64,000 nt of DNA from Albugo candida (lineage: Eukaryota). Shown here piece by piece: positions 26,749-38,495 of this stretch. Location of the stretch: positions 1 through 64,000 of the forward strand of contig JBDOQK010000045.1 of the NCBI GenBank assembly GCA_040437565.1. The letters run 5' to 3'. Each line of letters starts with the position of its first letter. Positions within the stretch are counted from its first letter, which is position 1. The notes beneath the pieces are model-generated. The model was not told the origin of the DNA. It saw nothing but the letters and a program-made list of their open reading frames with translations, and made no database searches. A program made the translations under genes and the position numbers.

Positions 26749-29700
26749 ATGCTCAGGAGCCTTAAACCCGTAAATGAGGATATGAAACGAATAAACTCCG
26801 TCCGAATGACTGCAAAAGCATCATCGCGAGGTGACCCCGGAAAAACAAGCGACATGAGGCGAGCTTCATCGCCTACAGGCACATCTAGGATCAAATATAT
26901 GTTTTCTGATCTACTAATGATCATCGTCGATAGCTCGTTCACGCTGTACCTGCATGCGGCCCAGCTGACGTATTACTTTACCATCATACCCGTCCGAATT
27001 GGGCTGTATTATGATCCGGGTCACTCGTCTCGCCCGCTTGAATGGTCAAGTGAAGTCACTGTATTCACAGCATTCAACGTGATATGGGACACTTTCGGCT
27101 TCTGTCTGTTTGTCACGCATCTGGGGTGTTGGTGGAAGATGCTGCGAGTTGCACACAACGACACGCAGGACTCTAATGACGCCTACAATGACGGAGCTCA
27201 TCATCAACGTAAGTCAATTCATCGAGCATCGCACCTAAACGGAGCGCATATATTGCATCGAGCAAAATGGCCCAATTCTGAGTATGTTGCCAGCTTGTTT
27301 GATATTGAGACGATAGATACTTTGGCTGATGGTGATCAACCCTTGCCATCTCGCCCTCTATCACCAAAAGATCATTTCAAAATGCTTTTGCACGCTATAG
27401 CTATCTTTCCGGTGGAGCTACTAGTCTTCAAAAGTAATCCGAATGCGATGCATCTTGTCCGATGTACCAAATTCGTATGTCTGTACCTAATGGGCCCAAA
27501 AGTGCTTGAAGGTATCCACAAGCGGATTGAGCGCTGGAAATTAGTGTCGTACATTCAGGAGCGCGTACTTCGAGTGATTCTTTTCAGATTTTTGATTGCC
27601 GGGCTCTGTTGGATTCATTGGACCGCTTTAATGTATATATTCATCGCCCATCTCGAGTGCGGAAAGGATTTGGATAGATGCGATGATGAAGGAGCAAGTT
27701 GGGCACTACGGGATCAGCTTGTGCACGCGACGAATGTCCGAAAGTATATCCGAGTGGTTTATTGGGCAACAAGAACAATTGTCACGCTGGGCTTTGCAGA
27801 CACGACACCCACAACCGTCGGAGAAACAGTGTTTGTACTCATTATGGAATTCGCAGGCACTTTCTGGTCGGCTTTTGTGATCGTAGCGTGGGCTTATTTG
27901 TTTTCATCTTTGGGAAATGCGTCTCAGACACAGGAGATATTTATCTCTCACGTCAAAGAGTACATGGATGGCGTTCCTCAAGTTCTGCAGGATCGCGTTA
28001 TTGCTTATCTCCAGCATGAATGGAAAATGTCTGGTGGGCTGGACGAGGATAAATTCCTCTCGGTTATCACTGTGGAAAAGCTGCAGAGTCGATTCCATCA
28101 CGAACTTAAAGCGACTCGACTGAAAGTTCTTCCTTGCTTTGCCGTTGAAACTACTGGATTTCTGAATGAATTGGCGGCCGAAATGAAATTTGAGACGTTT
28201 GCACCGCTCGATTGGCTTTTCGAGTATCCTGAAACAGAGCAAGTCATGTACATCATCACGTACGGCTACGTGGCGATGCTATCGATTCCTGCTGGCTGGC
28301 GTAAGCAAGATCGGAAAAATACAACCAAAGTGTACACTTGTATACCCGGCGACACCGTCGGTGCATTATCTCTATTCGGTCCGGGGCTTTTTCGCTTTGC
28401 TGCTTTTGCAGAAACATTCGTACAGGCTCTACGGATGGACACTAAAGCCTTCCAGAAAGTGCTTACAGCATGCTACCCGGATACTACTCTTCGTGAGCAG
28501 CGAAAAGCAACAGTCAATAGAGCAGCAGAGCGTACGTATCAGGACCTTGTAGCTCGTCGTGCAAAACAAAAGCATCAATCTGGATTCGACAAGAAGAAGA
28601 ATCAACGCGAAGCTGCAATTATGATTGGATTCAAGCGTGAAGCTATCAGTGACGTCACGTGCTACTGGGAATCTCAGCGGCAACGAGAAGAATGCGTCTC
28701 ATGGGAATGGTATCAAGTAAAATCCAAATTTCGATGGTTTTGGAATTACTGGCGGTTGTTTTGCTCGTGTTATGTGGCTTTCGAAGTGATTTTTGTTCTG
28801 ATTTTCTGTAAGGGCGACGCGCGATTCAAAAACTCTGCTTTTGGCGAACTCAAGTATGCAGTCACCGTTGGCGTTGAGCTGTTCACTATGTCGGATATCG
28901 TACTTCGATTCAGATACTTTGAGGACTCTGTCGCCATCGATCAGCTTGTATCGTCCTCAACCACGTCTTCTTTCGATGCTTTCAGGACCGGATCCATGAC
29001 CAGTTCTTCTCTATTTGCTCGATTTCAGCCTTATGCGCTCGATATTGTATCATGTCTTCCCATTTCACTAATTACAGATCTCGTTTGCGGCATCACAGAC
29101 AGAAAACTATCATCAGCACAGTCGTTTATCTACTGGTTTCGTCTCCTTCGTCTACTTCGACTATGGCATCTTCCCCAGATCATACAAGATGTGCTTCAAA
29201 ATGTACACAGCTCGAGTCAGTTGTTGTTTAAAAGCTTTCTGGGGGTCATTTTCTACTGTCATTTTTTCGGCTGTTTTTGGTACAACGTGGGTCATAATTC
29301 ACTCGACGTCAATGCAATTGATCCCATCACACTTTCACGTGGCGAATGTCTCATTCGTGCACAGACGAACGGGACATGCTCGTGGACGCTTATGGATCGT
29401 CTTGAGGGGGATCACAAAAACAGTTTGGAGCATCAATACCTTCGCTCGCTGTATTTTACAATCAGCACACTCACTACTGTCGCGTATGGGGACATTGTCG
29501 CATACAGCGATAGTGAGACGATTCTGGCAACGATTATGATNNNNNNNNNNNNNNNNNNNNNNNNNNNNNNNNNNNNNNNNNNNNNNNNNNNNNNNNNNNN
29601 NNNNNNNNNNNNNNNNNNNNNNNNNNNNNNNNNNNNNNNNGTCTCATTCGTGCACAGACGAACGGGACATGCTCGTGGACGCTTATGGATCGTCTTGAGG

Positions 29701-32700
29701 GGGATCACAAAAACAGTTTGGAGCATCAATACCTTCGCTCGCTGTATTTTACAATCAGCACACTCACTACTGTCGCGTATGGGGACATTGTCGCATACAG
29801 CGATAGTGAGACGATTCTGGCAACGATTATGATTTTTCTTGGAGGATTTATTTGCTTTGGTGTCACAGGAGCACTCACAGCCGCAGCAGCTCGACTTGCT
29901 TCTCAATATCGTGATCTCCTTTTCCAAGATCACTTGCGAACACGTTTTTTTGGAAAAGCTCATATTTCCAGAACTCTGCAGCTGGAAATTCGGCAGTATT
30001 ATCATATTATTCGACAGCAGCAAACGTATCTACAAACGGAAAAAGAATTGGCTTCTCGGCTATCGCGAGGTCTTTGGGCTGAATTATCGATACGTTTGTA
30101 TCAGGAAATCTGTTCACCGGCTACACCTCATCTTTTTACCTGTTTGATACCAATTTTAGAAGACAAGTCGAAAGTGGTTCTACAAACACAATCACATGAT
30201 TTCCTATCCGCTGTTTGTAGCCGTCTCCAGCGACAAATCGTGTTCCGAGAAGATCACGTTGTGATTGCCGGTGAGCCAGCTTCTAGTTTCTACATCATTT
30301 GCTCCGGACAGGTTCAAGCTTTAGAACCAATTTCAAGGAGTTTGTGGCAGCTGTTGACCGAGAAGATGCTTATTGACCTTCGTTATGCTCATATCGAAGG
30401 AGGCGATGAAGTCGAGTACGCCCGAATTGATCCACCGGCTGTATGGAGTGTTGATTGTATTGCAGTTTCCATGACTGAGATCGTCTCTCTCAAACTGTCA
30501 GACCTCGTCGATATTCTCAGCAACTTTCCAACGATTCGAGCAATTCGGCAGCACCATAATATGATTCTAATGAGACAAGCGAGGAAGGAGCGGGCGTGTG
30601 TTGTCGACAATATCGCTCGATACAAAGTACAAAAAATCTCAGGAATGCTGAATGAGACTACTTTTCCGGTACGAACACGACTCGGAAGCGCCAAGCGACA
30701 AAGTATGCGTAATGGCCCTCGACCAAGCGGTATTTCATTACGACGACTTTCTGTGCTCCCACAAAACTCGATCTGGTCACGTCTTAATAACGTCCTCACC
30801 AACGTTTTACATGTTCGGAGAAAACTCTTCCGCCCAACAAATCAGTCCATCAACGCGACCAAAGTCTCCAATTTGGAAGCGAGTATGACCTACAATGCGC
30901 AAAGTCGGGCACTTACTATGCATGCTTCAGCTTCCTGGCAACGACAATCGAAAACAGAGCTTCGACGCTCTATATGGGATAGTCTCATTGGAGGTGTGGT
31001 GATGTACAACATGTACATTGTGGTTCTACGTCTTGTATTCCTTCCCTCACCATCCACCAAAGCGATGATTGCGTTCACATTCTTCGATTATTTGTTTGAC
31101 GCGCTTCTCCTTTACGATATATATCTCAGAATGAACGTTTTTCCACCTCGAACGTGGCTTCCTGGAAAGCCGATAACAGTCACTCAAATTCGAAAGTTTT
31201 ATCGTCAGAAATGGTTCACTCTGGACATCCTCGCCAGTATTCCTCTGTATTACATTGGAAGCAATTATGACTTGATGACATGGTTTCGTCTTCCTCGTCT
31301 CTTACGCTCCTTCCAAATTGTTGAAATTACCGAAACACTGCAAACGTTTATCCTTACGCATCTTTACACCTCACGACGCGCGTATTCGCTTTTGTCACTT
31401 TTCAAAGTTTTGGCCATTTTTATCTTCTGCTGCCATTTTGCTGGCTGCATCTTTTACGCGATTGCGAGCTTGGAAATGAACCCTCACGGATGGATTTGGA
31501 AAGATGTCGTCCTGATGGAATCAAACAAGACAGCGGATCTCAGTAAGCCCGTTACTTTCTCCAAGACAACAGCGTATATTCGAGCATTTTACTGGGCGCT
31601 CTCGAGCATTACTGTGATCAATTACGGGGATGTGGTGCCCACTTCGTTTCATGAGACCCTGTGGGCCTGTCTCGTATGTCTATTTGGCTTGTTTGTAATC
31701 AGCAGCATTGAAGGCGAAATTGTCGAGTTTTTCACCAGTATTGATCGCACCTTCTCGACGCATCGACACCATTTAGAGGCTTTTCATGACGTATCTCGTG
31801 TTCGAGGCGTTCATTCAGCCCTACGCAGCAAAGCCGAGCGGTATCTCAAGCTGCAATATGAGATCGAAGAAGGACTTGAACCACACAAACTCTTTAACGA
31901 TCTCATCCCACCGTTAAAAGAACGCATTTTTATGGAGTTGGAGGGCTCGATAATCCGTGTTCTTCCATTATGGCGTGATATTTTGAATCCGATGCAAGTG
32001 CAAGAGCTCTGTGCGGTGTTTGTTGTCCGACTATACCTTCCAAGCGACATAATTATCTATGAACAAAGCGTCGGTAAGACATTACATGTGGTTAAAACCG
32101 GGGTAGCTCGTGTGGTGCATATGGCGACTTCAATGGAGTACACCGTTCTTCGAAGTGGGCAAATGTTTGGCGAGTTATCGTTTTTTATTCCGTCCAGCGA
32201 ACGATTAGCATCTGTTCTCGCCGACACTGTCTGTGAAATCTTGGAGCTTGATCGACCCAATTGGGAAGTATTTGCTACTCGAGTTCGCAATAAAAAAGCG
32301 GTCGAAGAGATTGAAGCCGAAGTACGAAAACTCGAGAAAATCATGAAGAAGCGGAATAGTATTGACGAAATCCCGGAGGAAAGCGTGGTCGAGTCTGGAT
32401 CATTGATTACAAGCAAACTACGGTCGCAATCGTTTACGTTCGGAATGCATGAGAGCAAAATCTCAGCTAAAATTGGGGACAAGGAGAGGAGAAAAAGCGT
32501 TGGATGTAAATCAAACGCACGGGTAGAAAAGCGTGCGTCGACAAAGACGTCAGAGACTCCGAAAGGAGTCCGATCCTTTCGAGACCTTATCATCGGTCCT
32601 GTCAAGTCGTCGATCAAATCAAATCGAGCGAGTAAAGCGGCAGGAGAAATTGTCGAAAGCACTGAATTAGCATCGAAAACTTACAATTTCTACTTTTTCT

Positions 32701-34607
32701 CCATCAGTGACGACGTTTTTATCGAAACATCTCAATTTCGATACATTTGGGATTGTATCAAATTTGCAATGACGACATACTTTACAATTGCTATTCCGAT
32801 GCGAGTGGCTTTCTACGACGATATTATGAACGACAATGGAAATAAAGACTCACACTGGTCGGCTGGATCGTTATGGGTCCATTTTGAGCACGTCGTGGAC
32901 GCTTTTTTCTGGACAGATATCGTGTTACGACTTGTTTTCTTTCGACCTGTTGTACGTGGTGCAGTTGTTCAAAGTCGTCGAGAGTGTATCCGACATTACT
33001 TCAAGACTGGCTTTTATCTCGACGTTATTGGATCTACTCCATTCGAGCTCATCACGCATCTTCCGATCAAGTTTTTTCACGATTATCATACATTGAGCGT
33101 CTCACTCTTTCGAATGGAAACACTTGTCCGATGTGCCGAGCTGGAAATGCTGTGGCTTCGTGCAGAGGCGTTTTTGTTCTACAACGCGGGTGAAAAAGAA
33201 GACGGCAAGCCAAAACCGAAGGGATATCTAACATGGATACGCACATGGCGTCAAACGACAATGTCCGCGGCCAAAGTGGTGTTTATCGCGCTCATTTCAT
33301 CGCATTGGATCACTTGCTTGTGGTACGTAATCAGTCACATTCAATGGGATGCGAGACCAGACTCTTTGTCTTGGCTCACGACCTCGTACATGTTGTCACC
33401 CGACTGTGACACAGTTCCTGTCGACTCGATTTCTTTTGTGACGAAATACGTTCGATCGTATCATTACGCGATCGGATCCATTTCGGCAATCTCATACGGA
33501 GACATTTCAGCACGCAATGTGCCCGAAACAATTGCTCAAATTAGTATCATTTTTCTGGCGATTGTGTTTTTCGGATACATTACGGGAAATTGTCAAAAGA
33601 TTCTCGAGCGAATGTGTTTGGAACGGGTGGAGTATGAAGAGCACATCTTGAGAGTGAAGCAGTTTTCCAAGCTTGTGGGTATGTCGCCGTCCTTTGTCCG
33701 GAAAGTATGTGATCAATTTGCACGGTACCATCAGCCGGTAGCGACAACAGCGCTCGACGCGAGCCCAATCGACTCGGCAGGACCACAGGATGGTGAAAGC
33801 AGTGCTAATTTAGCCGCAAGTGGAAAACTACCGAATAGTTCTATTGAAGGAAGCGCTGTGAATGGCGAGAGGCAAACAGGCACAACGTTTGCGTCGTTCT
33901 TTAGCGCGACTTCCAATTCGTTCATGTCGACGCTGAACACGAGTAGCTCTACCCGGAGAGATATGAGGTGTATGTACCTCCCTCTGAATCCAAAATGGCA
34001 TCTTCGAGCCTTAGATAATCTATCCAGCCAACTCAGAGCTGACATCACAGTATTCATGCGTCGTCAATTGCTGTCAGCGGCAGAGAGACGAATCATGCGT
34101 TCTACAGCCGTGTATAGCTCCTCTCGATCGTCTCCACATCCATTTGAAGGCTTTGATCCCGTTGTCGTTCGTGCTGTTCTTATGCGACTTCATATTGAAG
34201 TGTACGAGAAGAAAGACATCCTTTTCGAACAGGAAGGGCTCGGCAAGTGCATGTATTTCATTGAACGTGGTGTTGTGCTCTTGGAACGTGATCCAACACT
34301 GCATTCGAGTTGGTACAGTCAGCTGGAGAAGGACCGACATGATGAAAGTGGTAAAAATCGGGAAAAAGAACAGAATGTGACAAAAACGATGATCCGAAAT
34401 GTAAAGTGTGAAGGCGAATTCTTTGGAGCGGCTTCTTTGTTGGATGGAATTCCTCGCGATGCAACTTGCAGTGCTATCACTCGTATTCGAGTCGCTATCC
34501 TTCGAGACGCCGAGTATCGAGAACTTATCTCACTATTCCCGGAACATGTGCAGCTATTCCGAAGTGTGTGGAATTTTGATGAGGAAATCAGCAAAGATAA
34601 GCATTAG
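26749..34607 (+). CDS. Four-repeat cyclic-nucleotide-binding voltage-gated-type cation channel (tetraKCNG/CNGK-like architecture), ~2,520 aa
   Basis: The 1027-aa and 1640-aa ORFs join in frame once the 100-N gap and the 193-bp duplicate (29641-29833 = 29348-29540) are removed. There are four TM/pore/CNBD repeats with pore motifs TLGFAD, TVAYGD, VINYGD and AISYGD, S4-like RLLRLLRL and RLPRLLR, and CNBD FGELSFF..ERLASV. Confidence 0.9.
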
Positions 34608-34717
34608 AAGCACGTTGTCTCAGTTTTTTTCTCTCGTGAATAGAACGCTGATCAGAATGTGTTGATGGTGGAATAAGTGTTTAGGAAGAGAAAAATGATT
34701 CCAAATATATGCATTTT

Positions 34718-36055
34718 TTATGTCACTGCGAGCTTACGAGCAAATCTTGTGCATGCAATCGCAAGAGCGGTAATGGGAGAAATCGAAGAGGAGTGGTCTA
34801 ATGCAAAGCAGTTCTTACTAATCTTTCCAAAACGGAGATATACTTTATCCTCCTGGCCTTGATCTCCCAATTCCTCCGTGTCCTTCTCTACCATTAATAG
34901 ATTCTTCTTTGAAGCTTTCTTGACTCTCCCATCAAACGCAAGCGTCCACACAAACGCCTGACTATTCCATGCAGGCTTCTTGGATTCCAACACTCGCAAA
35001 TCGTTGCTGCTTGTATCATCAGATCCACAACATCGATACGGCATCCTCGTGCCTGTAGGCTCAGTAGAAGGATCAACATGCTTTTGCACTGTTAACTTGC
35101 ACGAGAAACTCCAAAATGTTTCAATGACAGAAGTATGTTTAAGTGTTTCTGACTGACGTAAGAGCTCCGCTAAGGACTTTGACTTGGCAAAACTCGTTCC
35201 GTATCGAGGAAGATCGGAAGCCGCACGAAGACGCGATCGACATGCAGGAATTGCACAGCGTAGGCGATTGGGTACTTTACCGAGTAGATTCGTGTCGTAT
35301 TGCAGCAGTGCAAGTTCGTTCTGTTGATTCCCGTAAAGCGTGAATGTCGTACCGAGAAAATTGGCTTTCATTCGACCCAAGTAAGTCGCACTAATCTCAC
35401 CATGTGGTAGCTCATGAAATCGCCTCAAATGGCTGTCCTGAAGCGTATGGAATACAAATTCACCGGTCATGTCGTTGATACATGAGCTTGCGAGAACAAA
35501 CTCCCCAGCCTCCGTGTAAAAATGGAATGAAGTGACATTGACACCAACAAAACGCTCCNNNNNNNNNNNNNNNNNNNNNNNNNNNNNNNNNNNNNNNNNN
35601 NNNNNNNNNNNNNNNNNNNNNNNNNNNNNNNNNNNNNNNNNNNNNNNNNNNNNNNNNNAAAGCGTGAATGTCGTACCGAGAAAATTGGCTTTCATTCGAC
35701 CCAAGTAAGTCGCACTAATCTCACCATGTGGTAGCTCATGAAATCGCCTCAAATGGCTGTCCTGAAGCGTATGGAATACAAATTCACCGGTCATGTCGTT
35801 GATACATGAGCTTGCGAGAACAAACTCCCCAGCCTCCGTGTAAAAATGGAATGAAGTGACATTGACACCAACAAAACGCTCCACGGAGCCAAGAAGGACG
35901 GACTCCTTCCCATCGTCTCCTTGTGCTTGATAATATCGTTCTTTATGCGCTTGTATATGCCGCTTTGCATCCACAATACGCCTACAGCCATCGGAACCTG
36001 ACTGAGGCTTTTGATTCATCCGAAATTTCCGAAAATTGATAGCCGATTCTGGCAT
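34718..36055 (-). CDS. Tubby-like protein (Tub C-terminal domain), ~337 aa after removing the gap duplicate
   Basis: Motifs YLGRMKANFLGTTFTLY, YDTNLLG..P, KKPAWN..WTLAFDGRVKKASKKN, LRFGKI, FALD...SPITALAI. An in-frame 324-nt artefactual insertion sits at gap 35559-35658. Confidence 0.9.
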   Translation of the reverse strand: MPESAINFRKFRMNQKPQSGSDGCRRIVDAKRHIQAHKERYYQAQGDDGKESVLLGSVERFVGVNVTSFHFYTEAGEFVLASSCINDMTGEFVFHTLQDSHLRRFHELPHGEISATYLGRMKANFLGTTFTLXXXXXXXXXXXXXXXXXXXXXXXXXXXXXXXXXXERFVGVNVTSFHFYTEAGEFVLASSCINDMTGEFVFHTLQDSHLRRFHELPHGEISATYLGRMKANFLGTTFTLYGNQQNELALLQYDTNLLGKVPNRLRCAIPACRSRLRAASDLPRYGTSFAKSKSLAELLRQSETLKHTSVIETFWSFSCKLTVQKHVDPSTEPTGTRMPYRCCGSDDTSSNDLRVLESKKPAWNSQAFVWTLAFDGRVKKASKKNLLMVEKDTEELGDQGQEDKVYLRFGKISKNCFALDHSSSISPITALAIACTRFARKLAVT

Positions 36056-36180
36056 TATGGCGATGCGTGCGAGTCGATTCCATTGCCAATATTAGTACAC
36101 AGAAGTAATAATAGAAATGTGCTTCCTCCACAATCATATTAATAGTTTCTTAACTCAATTGGAACAAGCTTACACTACTT

Positions 36181-36792
36181 TCACGAACTTTTGTTGCAGG
36201 TGCACGGGTCACAGGTGCAGTTGGTACACGTGCAATTATCGCCACACTTTTTCGCAGCTAGTTTTTGACGAATGTGGGCCAGCTCGACAGCCGAATGAGC
36301 CCATTCGGTTCCGTGGTTGCATGCTTTGCCATTACACGTTCCAGTCTTTTTTGCACATCGTGTTGCTTCTTCTTCGCTCGGGCATGTCAAAAGACCCAAT
36401 ACAACAGGTGTGTTTGTTTTCACGTTAAGCTTCATTATACCCATAGCGACTGCTTCGCTCACAAATTCATATGCCATCGTGACACCTTTCACCATGCACC
36501 CGATGACAATTACAGCATGAAGTGAGTCTCTGCGCGTCTCAATGAGACGGCTAGCAGCAAATGGCAGTTCGTAAGCCCCAGGGACCTTGATCAGGTCAAT
36601 GTTAGCTGCGCTGACACCATTAGACTCGAGTTCCTTTCGACATGCATCGCTTAATGGATCCACAATGTGATCATACCAATCCGTGGTTATGATTGCGACC
36701 CTCAGGTCTTTGGGTGCTTTTAAAGGTGAACTCAGAATAGGAGGCGCCACAGTTGACGCAGTGGCTGTAGAGGCGGTAGAAGACGTTGCCAT
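36181..36792 (-). CDS. RIB4: Lumazine synthase-like protein 1 with Cys-rich metallothionein-like C-terminal tail (203 aa)
   Basis: LRVAIITTDW, VPGAYELP, AVIVIGCMVKG.T, PVVLGLLT, NHGTEWA..AVE match the 6,7-dimethyl-8-ribityllumazine synthase family. ATG at 36792. Tail is KKCGDNCTCTNCTCDPCTCNKSS. Confidence 0.9.
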   Translation of the reverse strand: MATSSTASTATASTVAPPILSSPLKAPKDLRVAIITTDWYDHIVDPLSDACRKELESNGVSAANIDLIKVPGAYELPFAASRLIETRRDSLHAVIVIGCMVKGVTMAYEFVSEAVAMGIMKLNVKTNTPVVLGLLTCPSEEEATRCAKKTGTCNGKACNHGTEWAHSAVELAHIRQKLAAKKCGDNCTCTNCTCDPCTCNKSS

Positions 36793-36917
36793 GATGCTAG
36801 AATTTCTCAAATGGCAGTCATGAGTCGAGAAGTTGTCCTTGGCACAGTTGTCCGGGACACGTCGACATGTCTCGTGGTACAGCAACTGCAGTGTTATTAA
36901 CGTTACATCATTCCTTC

Positions 36918-37508
36918 CTACTCCTTCGTCTTGTCTTGACAATATTGTTGATAGCTGCCCGTTGAAACAGGACACGTGAGCTCCTTCTTTTTCAAATTCG
37001 CGTTAAAGTGAGCCATCGCGATGGCCGAGTGCGCCCACTCGATACCGTGGTTGCATGCGACCACTTTGCCTCCTTCGATGCCCACGCAAGATTTCGCTTG
37101 TTCCATGTCGACACAGTCGAGAACGCCATTCAATACGGGTACTTTGTAATGTACGCTTAGCTTCATCAACGCTCGAGTTACAGCCTCCGCCACAAAGTCA
37201 AATGCTAGCGAGCGCCCGCGAATAAGGCAGCCGATGCAAATGATCGCATCCAGCTGACCTTGTCGAGCTTGAAGCAATTGCTTCAGCACGTACGGCATTT
37301 CAAACGGAACATTCACCTGTTCCTCTTGGATATCTTTGCGAGCTACACCTCGCAAGAGGAGCTCACCTCGGCAGGCACGTACCAGAGCGTCGACAACTTG
37401 ACCATTTTGACGGCTATAGATTAGTGCCACACGAAATCCATTGCCATCCGGCGTCGACTGTGTTCCCAATAACGATGGGGCTTCTACTTGTGTTGGGCTT
37501 GAGATCAT
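36918..37508 (-). CDS. Lumazine synthase-like protein 2 (196 aa)
   Basis: DGNGFRVALIYSR, VNVPFEMP, DAIICIGCLIRG, VPVLNGVL, EQA, NHGIEWAHSAIAM. ATG at 37508. Confidence 0.88.
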   Translation of the reverse strand: MISSPTQVEAPSLLGTQSTPDGNGFRVALIYSRQNGQVVDALVRACRGELLLRGVARKDIQEEQVNVPFEMPYVLKQLLQARQGQLDAIICIGCLIRGRSLAFDFVAEAVTRALMKLSVHYKVPVLNGVLDCVDMEQAKSCVGIEGGKVVACNHGIEWAHSAIAMAHFNANLKKKELTCPVSTGSYQQYCQDKTKE

Positions 37509-37644
37509 TTGATAGTGCTTATGAAAACTGAGCAAAGTCCGAGGCTTCACAGGTCAATACAGTTGGCAATGTGGGGACATGGCGACGATGAGACAGATAT
37601 GGCTATTTACATTCACAGACTTGTGTCATTACCATCTTAACATC

Positions 37645-38157
37645 CTACTCGAATTTCTGAGGGTGGCAGAACAGAATCTTATTCAATAGAGCCATTTTCA
37701 CAACTCGTGTCGCCACCTCTTCAGCAAAGAATCCTTCCTCTTTTCCAAGCCCAAATACTTCGAGGGCATCGGTCTCATCATTAGCTGGTAGTACTCCCCA
37801 AATGATCGGGACATCCATATCCAGACTCGCTTCCATCACCTCGTGCGTTACGGCGTCGTATCGAAAGGGAAGTGAGGGATCTTCAACATTCGGCCTTACC
37901 TGTCGGTGCTTTGTCGGAAAAACGCATCCAATGCAAATAACTCCGTCAAAAGTATTTGCCTGGTAGCCCTGCTGTATTGCCAGTAAGAACTGATCGGAGT
38001 CCTGCAGTAGTAACACGTGAACGTTCCTGGCTTGCACTTGGTACTTTGCCAACTGATCTTTGCATCGAAGCAGAAGTGCCTCGATCATTGGCTTTGGCTC
38101 TTCCATCGCTACAATCAATATCCTCCCGAGCGGTAGGGACAGCACGGCTTTATTCAT
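37645..38157 (-). CDS. Highly divergent lumazine synthase-like protein 3 (170 aa)
   Basis: RILIVA, FDGVICIGCV, YDAVT..VM..SL...VPIIWGVL and EEVA..VVKMA align with the two neighbours. The VPG.xE loop is lost. Confidence 0.7.
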   Translation of the reverse strand: MNKAVLSLPLGRILIVAMEEPKPMIEALLLRCKDQLAKYQVQARNVHVLLLQDSDQFLLAIQQGYQANTFDGVICIGCVFPTKHRQVRPNVEDPSLPFRYDAVTHEVMEASLDMDVPIIWGVLPANDETDALEVFGLGKEEGFFAEEVATRVVKMALLNKILFCHPQKFE

Positions 38158-38495
38158 AGCTACTTGAAATGAGTACGAGAAAGATCAGTACATTAGGCCG
38201 TTGGAAACGGCGTCTCTCATGAGAATCGCTCAACCGCCAACTGATTTTGCTCGTACAGCTTTTGATAGAGAAGGAGCGCTTCAATAAGAGATGATCCTTC
38301 CTGACAGAAGTAGTGAGCAGAAAGAGTAAAAAGGATTTTTTATTTTTTATCAATTGCGAGCACTATATCGATTCAAGGGATGTTACCCGGGAATCCTGGA
38401 ATGCTTTGAGCGTAAAGGAAGGACCAAACAGAGCCCGAGGACATTGAGAGCCTTCCTGGGGCCATAAATAAACTGCAGACTGTTGTATCATTGCC

